From positions 96,001 to 160,000 of the forward strand of contig CBDBCE010000004.1 of NCBI GenBank assembly GCA_965203315.1: a stretch of DNA of 64,000 bases, given 5' to 3'. This DNA comes from Nitrosopumilus sp. (GTDB lineage: Archaea > Thermoproteota > Nitrososphaeria > Nitrososphaerales > Nitrosopumilaceae). How positions within the stretch are numbered: position 1 is the stretch's first letter; each line of letters opens with the position of its first letter. Below the pieces are notes generated by a model. The model was not told the origin of the DNA and did not search any database. It worked only from the letters and a program-made list of their open reading frames with translations. Positions 1 through 9,749 of this stretch are shown piece by piece. The position numbers and the translations under genes were made by a program.

Positions 1-836
1 GATCCCTCGACATTAATTATGGTTGCATCATCGCCATGAACCTCCAATCCCATATTTCCCTGTTTTACACGAACTCCAAACAATTCTACTCTTGCATCTT
101 TTGCGACTATGTTTGGAATATCAGACTCGTCCTTTCCCCAGATTACTACGCCCGTGGTGTTGCCTTGTCCGCCCTTTAGTTTCATCTTTAATGCCTTGCC
201 TTGTCTACCTTTTGTCGTAGTAAACTTTATTCCTTTGATCTCTCCGTCGTTTGTTCCAAATATGGCGATGTTCTTGTCCCCTTCTTTTACATCACTGATA
301 TCTTTTACAATCTTGTCGATGCTCTGAATATCGCTCTCAGAGTTGACGAGTTCTATACTAGATCCATCTCCCATGTTTATTGTAGGCGATCCGTCGATAT
401 CAGCTTTAACATATGCCTTTATTATCTTGACAAGATCGCCTGGCTTTAGGTTATCAATTACAGCAAGTTTTGCTTGGTCGTTCCACAACCTTACGCTTGC
501 CGTTGCGTCTGTATCGTATACGGTCATTGTTCGTAGGGTTGTAGGCGAACCATCTTTTCTAGAAAACTCTTTGGGACCTGATAGATTCATTACTCTGGCC
601 TCTATGGATACCTCCTTTGCTCCGCCATACAGATCCTTTATCTTCATCTCTGTCTTGAGCGGTTTCTCCAATTTTATGCCATAGTCTCCAGCAATCAAGT
701 GTACCGCGCCACTATCGGTCAGATATCCGGCACCAATCTTGTCTTTCTTTATTTTTATCTGTTCGTTGATGTACTCTTTTGTAAGATCTGGTTTCTGATT
801 ACAAAGTATCTCAATAAGCTCTTCTGCCTCTGCCAT
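1..836 (-). CDS. Single-stranded DNA-binding protein (RPA-like, OB-fold), partial; runs off the window
   Basis: Not in the ORF track. Manual translation from ATG at 836: MAEAEELIEILCNQKPDLTKEYINEQIKIKKDKIGAGYLTDSGAVHLIAGDYGI...KIKDLYGGAKEVS, the typical thaumarchaeal RPA N-terminus followed by OB-fold repeats. Confidence 0.8.
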   Translation of the reverse strand, partial: MAEAEELIEILCNQKPDLTKEYINEQIKIKKDKIGAGYLTDSGAVHLIAGDYGIKLEKPLKTEMKIKDLYGGAKEVSIEARVMNLSGPKEFSRKDGSPTTLRTMTVYDTDATASVRLWNDQAKLAVIDNLKPGDLVKIIKAYVKADIDGSPTINMGDGSSIELVNSESDIQSIDKIVKDISDVKEGDKNIAIFGTNDGEIKGIKFTTTKGRQGKALKMKLKGGQGNTTGVVIWGKDESDIPNIVAKDARVELFGVRVKQGNMGLEVHGDDATIINVEG

Positions 837-1472
837 GATATTGTATGAATTACTCTACTATTAATAAGAATTTCATTCAATCGGTACACAGTTGCATGTA
901 TCTTTTTGTTATTATCACTCTTGGTTATGATTGTTGTCGTACTGACTTTTGTAACTAATTGTTAGACTAGACCAAACATCTTAATTATATCAATATCAAT
1001 ATCATTTTGTACCTCGTTGTCGTAAAATGATGGCGTTGTAAATGGTTGATTTTACGCTTTGGTCTACTGGACATGATATCCGTCTTTGACAGCTGCATTT
1101 TACGTATCTATACTGGATGTTGATAATTCTAGTCCCTACAATGCTATTTGTGACTCGACAAGATTGGAAAGAATCAAACATCTGATCACTAATAATTGTC
1201 GTCATATTGATTTTTGATGGGATGTATTGTTGACTTTATTAGACAAGATTGTCGTCTGACGATAAGTATCTTGTTTTTGCATAAATATGCATTTTAACAT
1301 ATTTGTATAACTGGTATTTTTTCATATACACGACGATAAAATTATCTCATCTAGTATTTATTGAAATGATTGGGCGCTGTCAAGATAGTATTTTGACGAA
1401 TCATGAATTGGTATTCTAAACTATACATGAATGTCTAACATGCATGCAAAAACACTCAATCGAGTATAATCC

Positions 1473-3158
1473 CTATGACTCTACGTTTGGGAAGCAATTT
1501 GCCTTGTCTATTAGGATATTATATTCACCAACTAGTGGATTTATCTCATCTACGATATTATTGATCTTGTCTACTAGGGGGTTAGATTTGGCTACTAGTC
1601 CCCTATAGTCTACACTGGGGTCTCGTTCAATATCCTCTGGTGTTAATCCATACTTGGCCAACACGTCGATATATTCTTGGAACAACATGTTGTACTCGTC
1701 ATTGAGTAGTTCCAATCGTTGATCCAACCTATCGATCTTATCCTGATTCGCTTTTTGACCTATATAGTGATCATATTTGCTTGAAATTGGTGGTATCTCG
1801 TATCCCATATCATCAAATGATATTTGTGTGAACTCGTCAGATCCGTACATCAAATGTGATTCAGATGAGTGATGAGCAAGACCTAGAGCATGACCAATCT
1901 CGTGCATTATTGTATCGGACACACTGTTTGTATCAAGCTGAATATATGATCCTGTACAATCTCGATTGCCTAGCGAGATTAAAAGTTCACAGTAGGCATA
2001 TTCGCAGATTGCCAATCCAACGTGTTCATCTTGTACAAATCTATCCCACGATACTATGATATCTGCATCAGGATGTTTTATTTGAATAAAGGTTAACGTG
2101 GGATTTAGCGACTGCCAGATTGCAAATGCTTGATGTGTGGCAACAATTGGTATTGTTTTATTTGTTACAGGAATTGATGAATTGATATAGTATGTGATTG
2201 GACTGTATTCGGAATCTACCGGTACGACTGTTATGGTACTATTCGTTGCGCGTATGTTGAGAAAACACTCTGCCCGTTCTACCAAAATAGATCGCTTGCT
2301 GTCTAGAATATTCATCTGTACGTTTATCTCGTCGATCTTGTCTTGAATGGGATTTAGTCGATGTACCATACTAGAGGGATAATTGTAGATACTATCTTTG
2401 ATATCTTTAAGAGTCACTCCATACTCTGCTAGTATCTTGTTGTATTGTTGTTCTAAATCTTTACGTTTTTGTTGTAATTGCGTCCGCTGCTCATCCAATG
2501 CATTGATATCATCTAGTATGGGTTCTTGCTCTGTATAGTATGCAGAGTCGAGTGGCTTTGGTATTGTGTATAAAGTATTTAGTGTATCTTTGGTATTTGT
2601 GCCATACATTAGATGAGATTTGTCATCGGTGTTACTGATACCTAAAAGATGTCCGATATCCTGCATGATCTCTGTAGTAATACTATCCGAGCTTCGATGT
2701 ACATATCTTCCATTACAGTCAGTTGTACCTAACAATACTATTATCTTACATTTGCTATAATCACATTCGATGTTTGAATATTCTCGATCTGTAGACTTGA
2801 TCCCTGATACTATGATATCTGCATCATCTGATGCTAAATGAGTAAAGGTTAGCGATGGGTTTAGTTCTTGCCATGATACAAATGCTTTATGTACTGCATC
2901 TGTTATACTGCTTGATGTGGGTGATGGATCTATATAGTATGTGTAAGATCTAGATTGTGTGTTATCTGGACTCTGACCGTATATTGGAGTGATAAACTCA
3001 TCTGTGCTTAGTATGACTGTGAATATCAGCATAACAAATGATGTTGTCATAACTGCTCTATCTCTAAATTCATTCCGTACTATACATTTGCTCACAATCT
3101 GTTCTAAATGATTAGATGCGTAAAAACCATCCTGTCTTAATCTATTCATGTCCGTCAT
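1473..3158 (-). CDS. Secreted matrixin/M10-like zinc metalloprotease with duplicated module
   Basis: HEIGHALGLAH zinc motif plus HLMYG Met-turn; hydrophobic N-terminal segment (probable start ATG 3050); an upstream degenerate copy of the domain. Confidence 0.8.
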   Translation of the reverse strand: MTDMNRLRQDGFYASNHLEQIVSKCIVRNEFRDRAVMTTSFVMLIFTVILSTDEFITPIYGQSPDNTQSRSYTYYIDPSPTSSSITDAVHKAFVSWQELNPSLTFTHLASDDADIIVSGIKSTDREYSNIECDYSKCKIIVLLGTTDCNGRYVHRSSDSITTEIMQDIGHLLGISNTDDKSHLMYGTNTKDTLNTLYTIPKPLDSAYYTEQEPILDDINALDEQRTQLQQKRKDLEQQYNKILAEYGVTLKDIKDSIYNYPSSMVHRLNPIQDKIDEINVQMNILDSKRSILVERAECFLNIRATNSTITVVPVDSEYSPITYYINSSIPVTNKTIPIVATHQAFAIWQSLNPTLTFIQIKHPDADIIVSWDRFVQDEHVGLAICEYAYCELLISLGNRDCTGSYIQLDTNSVSDTIMHEIGHALGLAHHSSESHLMYGSDEFTQISFDDMGYEIPPISSKYDHYIGQKANQDKIDRLDQRLELLNDEYNMLFQEYIDVLAKYGLTPEDIERDPSVDYRGLVAKSNPLVDKINNIVDEINPLVGEYNILIDKANCFPNVES

Positions 3159-3227
3159 TGTATACTAGTCAGATTTAAAACAGTACTCATGTAAAGTCGC
3201 ATCGATCTTGAGTAGAATATCTATTCT

Positions 3228-4130
3228 CTATATCTTTTGTGTTGGAATCTTTCTCCATTTGGGAATCGCACTGTCCTCCCTCTCGAACTCGAGTGTGATC
3301 GACTCATCTCGTATATGTGGTGGTTCATCGAGACGCATATTGGCATAATCAACATATGATTGCTGAATATCTATTCCATAGAATCGACGTTTTAGATATC
3401 TGGCAACCTTTGTTGTTTGACCTGCGCCATTAAAAGGATCTAGCACTAGATCGCCTTCATTAGAGTACAGGCTCAGTAACCTATATGGAATCTCTTCTGG
3501 ATAGGGACACGGATGCTGTAAAAAACCTGGAGGTACAGGCGCTATATGCCAAACAGAATTTGCTATCTCTTTCCATGTGATATCTTGGTTTATGTTAGTA
3601 AATGCGTGTTTTATCTTTCGTAGTCTGTTGTCACCTTTTCTCATCACTAGAATCACTTCGTGCATTATATTTGCACGAAAATATGACGGGTATGGATATT
3701 TTACAAAACTACCTGCTCTGTTTGCACCTCCAGTAACTTTATGCCATATGATCTCTTCATGCAGAGACCAACCTCGCTCATACATTTTTGATACGAGAAG
3801 TGCAGGGAGTGGTTCAAGTGTCCCTTTGTTTATCTCGTTTCCAATAACTATGCAACAGTATCCTCCGTACTTTGTTGCCTTGTACACTTTATCAAATGTC
3901 TGGACCATGTCGTCCATATATTCCTGTACTGTGATCGCAAGTTTGCCTCTATAGTTCTTGTCTGGATCGTTACCATATTTGGTATGCATAGAATAGTCGA
4001 TAGCATTTCGATATGGTGGAGATGTAATTGTAATATCGATGGTCTCTGGTTCCAGCTCCGCAAGTATGGTGCTATTGTCACCACATATGATCTGATCAAC
4101 ATTCAACTTGCACAACAGACCAAATATCAT
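3228..4130 (-). CDS. Orphan beta-class DNA methyltransferase (N4-C/N6-A)
   Basis: TSPPY motif IV precedes DPFNGAG motif I; HPCPYPEE motif; no adjacent endonuclease. Confidence 0.9.
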   Translation of the reverse strand: MIFGLLCKLNVDQIICGDNSTILAELEPETIDITITSPPYRNAIDYSMHTKYGNDPDKNYRGKLAITVQEYMDDMVQTFDKVYKATKYGGYCCIVIGNEINKGTLEPLPALLVSKMYERGWSLHEEIIWHKVTGGANRAGSFVKYPYPSYFRANIMHEVILVMRKGDNRLRKIKHAFTNINQDITWKEIANSVWHIAPVPPGFLQHPCPYPEEIPYRLLSLYSNEGDLVLDPFNGAGQTTKVARYLKRRFYGIDIQQSYVDYANMRLDEPPHIRDESITLEFEREDSAIPKWRKIPTQKI

Positions 4131-4277
4131 TTACTTAAATTTTTATTCTTGTGTGTAGTGAGTAGTTAGGCTGTCACTAGCAACAAGTTACTGAAATACA
4201 GAATAATTGATCTTGGCACTCAAGCGTATGATCGACCTAGTCGCTTGTAAACCCTTTAATTATGCACAAAAATTACC

Positions 4278-4883
4278 TTGTTTATGTCAATGATGTATAT
4301 GCCTGGCGCAACAGCAGTAGGTGTAACATTCGATACCGGTGTAGTCTTTGCAAGTGAGAGAAGGATCGCCATGGGAACTTTTTTGACGAGCAAGTCTACC
4401 AAGAAGACCTTTCCAATAACTCCCAAGGTAGGAGCTACTTGTGCTGGTCTAGTCGCTGACATGCAGATCTTGACTCTCCAGATATCAGCTATGGCAAAGA
4501 TTCGAAAGATGGAGTTGAAGCGAGATGTTCCACCAAATACTATAGCAAAGATGATATCAAATATGCTCTATGAACGTAGATACTTTCCTATCCTAACTCA
4601 AGTGATCGTTGGCGGTCTGATCGATAAACCAACTCTGTATACTCTTGATCCAATAGGTTCACTTCTTCCTGAACCGTATGCAGCAGTAGGTACCGGTGCA
4701 GAGATAGCACTAGGTGTACTGGATCCAAAATTTGATAAAAATATGAAACGAGATCAGGCAATAGATCTCGTACGTGAATCGGTGAGAGTTGCAACTCTTC
4801 GCGATGCATCAAGTGGCGATGGTCTAGATATATTGGTCATTACTGATCAAGGAATCGAAGAGTTTAGTGAAGATCTATCCTAG
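4278..4883 (+). CDS. psmB: Proteasome beta subunit
   Basis: GATAVGV...ASERRI, TLDPIGSL, RDASSGDG motifs. Confidence 0.93.
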   Translation: MFMSMMYMPGATAVGVTFDTGVVFASERRIAMGTFLTSKSTKKTFPITPKVGATCAGLVADMQILTLQISAMAKIRKMELKRDVPPNTIAKMISNMLYERRYFPILTQVIVGGLIDKPTLYTLDPIGSLLPEPYAAVGTGAEIALGVLDPKFDKNMKRDQAIDLVRESVRVATLRDASSGDGLDILVITDQGIEEFSEDLS

Positions 4884-5354
4884 TCGTAAACTCTTTCCAA
4901 TCTCCCAAAATTTATCCGATATGTAATGCAAGTTTTTCAGTACCTCTCCCTTTACCATTGTGTCGAGTTCCACACTAGATACCAGTGTCTTTCCAACTGC
5001 TAAGAACTTGCCATGCTTTTCTTCTACTATGCAGACCAATCTATCTAGTTCAAATTCATCAAACTCTGTGATGCCAGGTCGCATCAAGTTTGCCCCTTTG
5101 CACATGAACTTGACTGCTCCCATGTCTATCGTGATTCTTGGAAATCTCTTTAGAGTCTCAACCTCTGTCAAAAATGGAATATAGGTTTGATCTATCTTTA
5201 GGATCTTGAGTTCGCTTGCAGTAATAATCTGCTCACTAGCTGATATGTGATAGACATTAAAGTTTTTGATCTTTGGAATATCGATCGCCCATTGCTCTGT
5301 GACGTCATTGATTATCTTGACAGTCTCTCGCTTTGATATTAGATTTGATTTCAA
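4875..5354 (-). CDS. PUA-domain RNA-binding protein
   Basis: IDMGAVKFMCKGANLMRPGI and NLHYISD motifs; start reassigned to TTG 5354, which overlaps the hom stop (TTGA). Confidence 0.85.
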   Translation of the reverse strand: MKSNLISKRETVKIINDVTEQWAIDIPKIKNFNVYHISASEQIITASELKILKIDQTYIPFLTEVETLKRFPRITIDMGAVKFMCKGANLMRPGITEFDEFELDRLVCIVEEKHGKFLAVGKTLVSSVELDTMVKGEVLKNLHYISDKFWEIGKSLRLG

Positions 5355-6358
5355 GTCTGTACTATCTCTTTTCTGATGTCTAAAAGATCTCGCAAGATGG
5401 AACTTGCAGTCTCTATACCTCCTGCACCTCGTCCGATGATGGTTTGTATTCCAGAATGCTCTGAAGTAAAAGAGATTGCATTGAGTGTACCGTTGACGCA
5501 TAATGGATCATCTTTTTGGATCTCCCTGGGTTGTACAGTCAATTCTTTGTTACAAGATGCAACAAGTTTTACCACACAATTATTCTTTGCGGCATTCTTG
5601 ATATCTGTGCTAGATATATTGCGTATTCCAGTACGACAAATATTTGGTAGAGTGACCTTCATGTCCATTACCCAGTTTGCTAGTATGACGAGTTTTGCAG
5701 CTGCATCTAAACCGTCCAGATCTAGAGATTCATCTGCCTCTACATAACCTCGTTCTTTTGCATCCAACAATGCAGCCTTGAAAGATAGTCCTGTAGCCAT
5801 ATTTGAGAGAATATAGTTTGTAGTTCCATTGAGTATCCCGGCAAATGATACTATACGTTCGCCTCTGAGACTATTCTTGGCATAGTCGAGTATCGGAGTT
5901 CCGCCACCGACTGTCCCACTAAACTTGAGGATCACTTGATTGTATGTTGCAAGCTCTAGTAGTGATGGAAACGCAAGAGCGAGTGGACCCTTGTTTACAG
6001 TGATAACATGCAGTCCACGCTTCATCGCAGTTATGATATGAGACATGCCTGGTTCTGCATCGTGATAGTTACTTGCAGTAGTCTCGATTAGGACATCTGC
6101 ATCTACATTCTTGATGATATCTGGGCCAGAAATCCTACTCTTGAAGTTATATCCTCCTACTGTTCCTGCTTGTCTCTTTACGTCGACAAGTTTATTCAAC
6201 TCCAATCCTAGCGAGTCAACTGCACTACCCTTGCTATCAAATACCGCAACAACTCTTGGTTTGAGTCCATACTTTGCATATAGATCATCCATTCTAGACT
6301 CAAATAGTCGTACTAGACTCTGTCCTACGACACCAAATCCGCAGAGTATTATTCTCAA
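5351..6358 (-). CDS. hom: Homoserine dehydrogenase
   Basis: GFGVVG Rossmann motif, NKGPLA, TVGGGTP, GILNGTTNYIL, GRGAGG. Confidence 0.95.
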   Translation of the reverse strand: MRIILCGFGVVGQSLVRLFESRMDDLYAKYGLKPRVVAVFDSKGSAVDSLGLELNKLVDVKRQAGTVGGYNFKSRISGPDIIKNVDADVLIETTASNYHDAEPGMSHIITAMKRGLHVITVNKGPLALAFPSLLELATYNQVILKFSGTVGGGTPILDYAKNSLRGERIVSFAGILNGTTNYILSNMATGLSFKAALLDAKERGYVEADESLDLDGLDAAAKLVILANWVMDMKVTLPNICRTGIRNISSTDIKNAAKNNCVVKLVASCNKELTVQPREIQKDDPLCVNGTLNAISFTSEHSGIQTIIGRGAGGIETASSILRDLLDIRKEIVQT

Positions 6359-6410
6359 TATTTGCCTCCTCTATTCATTGTATAGATCTGTATTATTATT
6401 TTTTGATAAA

Positions 6411-6812
6411 TCATCTCTTAGCATCATTCTCATGTATCAGTGAGATAGAGTTGATGCAATATCTCTGGTTTGTAGGTGCTGGACCATCATCAAATACATG
6501 GCCTAGATGGGATCCGCATCGTGCACAATTGACTTCTACTCGTACCATCCCATATGATGTATCAGATATGTATTGTATCTTTGTTTTGTCGATAGGTTTT
6601 GTAAAACTAGGCCATCCAGAACCGGAATCAAATTTGGATGTGGATTCAAAGAGATCTTGGCCACAGCACACACATCGATATGTGCCTGGTTCTTTACTCG
6701 TGTTATATTCGCCAGAAAAGGGAGGTTCTGTTCCATGATTTATGCATATTTCATATTGTATATCTGTTAACTCTTCTCGCCACTCTTGTGGTGTCTTTAC
6801 AATCTTTTCCAT
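6411..6812 (-). CDS. msrB: Peptide methionine-R-sulfoxide reductase
   Basis: GTEPPFSG, KFDSGSGWPSF, HLGHVFDDGP, RYCINS. Confidence 0.97.
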   Translation of the reverse strand: MEKIVKTPQEWREELTDIQYEICINHGTEPPFSGEYNTSKEPGTYRCVCCGQDLFESTSKFDSGSGWPSFTKPIDKTKIQYISDTSYGMVRVEVNCARCGSHLGHVFDDGPAPTNQRYCINSISLIHENDAKR

Positions 6813-6834
6813 GGCACAGTTTTAGTACAACATG

Positions 6835-8445
6835 CTATATCTCTTCTTGCTTTCGTTTCATCTCGGTTCGTTTCTCTGCTTCGAATCTCTCGAGATCATA
6901 GTCTTTTAGATCAACAAATTTGATAACTTGACATATATTTGGATGTACTTTTTTGATCTCTGCAAACATCGTTTGTGCCACTCGTCTATAGTCCGCATGG
7001 CCTTGTGGTATTGTACGCAATTCGATGAGGTGACAGGCCTCTCTTAGATTCAGTCGTAACATGTACTGGTAATTGAACGCAAAGTTTACAACATACTGTG
7101 CTTGTTCTGGATACTTTGTTCGAATCTCCGTAAACGTCTTCTTTGTATCTCTCATACATTGTTCATAGGAACGATCTAGTCCCAAGATCTTGATCTCTTT
7201 TGGCACAGCATATCCAAGATCTGTTGTAAGTAGTTGTCTCTGTAGTGTTAAGAGTCGATGGCGATGCAGATCGCGAAACATACCAAAGTTGTTACATAGA
7301 TCAAACGTATAGTATATTCCCTCAAAAGCACGTGGTAGTCTATGTCTTCTGTTTCCTCGCTGTGCAGCAATACTGCATATTATCGATGTCTTGTCTTTTG
7401 GTGGCATTGAGCTTACTCGATCCTTGATATCTCTGTATCTCTGGGTAGCATTGTCGTACACTATCCCTGCCACCAATCTATTCATCGCTTCACTCTCTGG
7501 GATCCATTCTACCAAATCTACCAGGGGACCGAGTCTTGAATCTATACTTTTTATTGTACGCTTGGATTCAGATCGAACATTCTTGATATATTGCACAAGC
7601 TCTAGTCCATATCTATCTTCAACGCGTCTTACGAAAGCCTTTATCGTCATATCGAGCTCTCGTTTTATCTGTTGAGATAATCGACGTTCTTCGTCCAACT
7701 CTGACGACATGAGAATAGTTAAGAGATATTCGAACGCACGTCCATTTCCAGTTATGCCCACATTTGTGAGCGTTGCTGCAGGTAATAGACCTCGAAGGAT
7801 ATCGAGTGCTTTTGCTCTAGTTGATCCATTGTAGATTCGTACTGCAGACTCGACATCGTCACCAGCAAGTCTAGAGAATGACTCTTCAAGTTTGGTACTA
7901 GAATCCACAAACTTGTACATCTCGATAGGATATCGTTCTCGTATGTACTCGATCATGGGTTTGATATTTTTTGAATATGTCTCAAATGACTCGTTACATG
8001 TATCTTCGTACATGTCTGCAAATTTTGATTCCATTATTACTGGATCACGATAGAATCTATACTTGCCATGTACCTTCTTGTCTAGTTTGACATATCTGGA
8101 AGACTTTTCTAAAAAAGATAGACCGATACGACGATCTTGTATCTTCTTTACTGCAATGTTTGATAGACCTTCTATTGCTATCTGTGCTTCACCCAACTCT
8201 GCTACAGAGTCATCTCCGTACTCTAAGAGAACTCTATTGTAAAACACATCTCCTCTATCTCGATCTCTTAAAAACTCGTCAAGAAATACACGTCTCATAC
8301 TCTTGTCTGTTCTACTGTATCTGGACATGAGTGCCCCACGATCTACTTGTCTGGGGGTGATTATAGCAAAGACGTTACGATCTGTATTGGAAAAGTGTTT
8401 TGAGAGTATCTCTTTTTCATCTGCTGTAAACTCTGGCAATAACAC
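6835..8445 (-). CDS. thyX: FAD-dependent thymidylate synthase (tandem-domain ThyX)
   Basis: EKSSRY and RDLHRHR motifs, N-terminal YGDDSVAEL. Confidence 0.88.
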   Translation of the reverse strand: MLLPEFTADEKEILSKHFSNTDRNVFAIITPRQVDRGALMSRYSRTDKSMRRVFLDEFLRDRDRGDVFYNRVLLEYGDDSVAELGEAQIAIEGLSNIAVKKIQDRRIGLSFLEKSSRYVKLDKKVHGKYRFYRDPVIMESKFADMYEDTCNESFETYSKNIKPMIEYIRERYPIEMYKFVDSSTKLEESFSRLAGDDVESAVRIYNGSTRAKALDILRGLLPAATLTNVGITGNGRAFEYLLTILMSSELDEERRLSQQIKRELDMTIKAFVRRVEDRYGLELVQYIKNVRSESKRTIKSIDSRLGPLVDLVEWIPESEAMNRLVAGIVYDNATQRYRDIKDRVSSMPPKDKTSIICSIAAQRGNRRHRLPRAFEGIYYTFDLCNNFGMFRDLHRHRLLTLQRQLLTTDLGYAVPKEIKILGLDRSYEQCMRDTKKTFTEIRTKYPEQAQYVVNFAFNYQYMLRLNLREACHLIELRTIPQGHADYRRVAQTMFAEIKKVHPNICQVIKFVDLKDYDLERFEAEKRTEMKRKQEEI

Positions 8446-8469
8446 CAGATAAGACTATTCATCATTAAA

Positions 8470-8757
8470 CTATTTCTTTCTCTTGATCTGAATTAGATCA
8501 GGTCCCTTGTCTCTCTCATTGCCCTTTGTCTGCCATCGCAGTAATACCTCACGAAATGCAGCAGCGTCTGCCTCGTTTTCTGTGTACATTAGTGTAGTTA
8601 CCCAAAACCCTTTCTTTGCGGTTCTTCCGCCAACAGAGTTCATCCAAAAGTCATCTGGAAGTCCTTGTAAGACTCTACTCTTGGGATCTTTGGTCTCATC
8701 TATCCATCGTTGACCAACAAAGTTGAGTATCTGCTCCATCTCTTCCCTCTGAATCAT
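8470..8757 (-). CDS. Conserved hypothetical protein
   Basis: Clean 95-aa ORF co-oriented with thyX. Confidence 0.65.
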   Translation of the reverse strand: MIQREEMEQILNFVGQRWIDETKDPKSRVLQGLPDDFWMNSVGGRTAKKGFWVTTLMYTENEADAAAFREVLLRWQTKGNERDKGPDLIQIKRKK

Positions 8758-8886
8758 AGATGTGATGTAGAACGTCTCTAAATTTTAAAATTTCTACTCG
8801 TTATCATGGTGGTAAAAATTATCTTACCAAAACCAGAAACATTTCTTACTTTATCTTGGTTATATGGGAGCTCGAGAGTATGATAC

Positions 8887-9705
8887 ATGACCAAAGACGA
8901 TATCGATGTAATCGGTAAAAAAGTCAAAGACATGTATGGAACATTCATGGGCAAGGTTGCAGGAACGATAACGGACATTGATGGCAGCATTCAAACTGTC
9001 GGAATCGATACAGGTTCTATGGGATTACAGCAGATCCCATTTGAGCAACTCGTAGTACAACAAGAAGTCGTTATCTTTATTCCAAAGTGGAGACTCGATT
9101 CACAACGACTCATCCACGAGAAACAACTAACACTGCGTCGTCTCAAAGCATTGCTAGAGATTGTCTCTGAGAACGATGACATAAAGTCAGACGCAGAGAT
9201 CATCCATGAAAAGTACAGATCCAAACTTGCTACTTTGAATGAGACCGAGAGATCGATCAAAGATAAACTCGATGTGAGACTAGCCGAGTTAGACGAACAG
9301 ATAAAGTCTGCAAAGATGTTGGTCTTTGACGCACGAGTTCAGTTCAAGAGCAACGAGATCTCTGATACTGTATTTGAGACTGTGAGTTCTTGTACAAACG
9401 AGATCATCGAACACATAGATCACGAGATTGCTGAGATCAAAAACGTGAAACAGAGGATTGCAGATCTCGAACTCGAGGCACAAGAATTGACACCTAGTGT
9501 AGAATCTACACAACACATCGAAACAGATCCACGACAAACTGTACTTCCAGAAGCACCCACTGAGGCAGAGACACTCGCAATGAGTGAATCAAAGATACCT
9601 GAGCCACCTACAGAATATGCTATACCGTTTCCTGAACCACCAAAACAGGAAGTAGCAAAGAATGATGGCAGCAGTGATTGGCTTAAAAGAATGGAAGCAC
9701 AATAA
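8887..9705 (+). CDS. cdvA: Cell division protein CdvA
   Basis: PRC-barrel N-terminus (IGKKVKDMYG), IPKW motif, long coiled coil. Confidence 0.85.
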   Translation: MTKDDIDVIGKKVKDMYGTFMGKVAGTITDIDGSIQTVGIDTGSMGLQQIPFEQLVVQQEVVIFIPKWRLDSQRLIHEKQLTLRRLKALLEIVSENDDIKSDAEIIHEKYRSKLATLNETERSIKDKLDVRLAELDEQIKSAKMLVFDARVQFKSNEISDTVFETVSSCTNEIIEHIDHEIAEIKNVKQRIADLELEAQELTPSVESTQHIETDPRQTVLPEAPTEAETLAMSESKIPEPPTEYAIPFPEPPKQEVAKNDGSSDWLKRMEAQ

Positions 9706-9749
9706 TCTTTTTTTTAACATTTAGATAGTATTGTTGAACATTCTTCCTA

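Noticed and set aside
23-684. Four overlapping plus-strand ORFs
   Set aside because: Shadows of the minus-strand RPA-like gene.
5355-5501. N-terminal extension of the PUA ORF
   Set aside because: Overlaps hom; a TTG start at 5354 gives the typical TTGA coupling.
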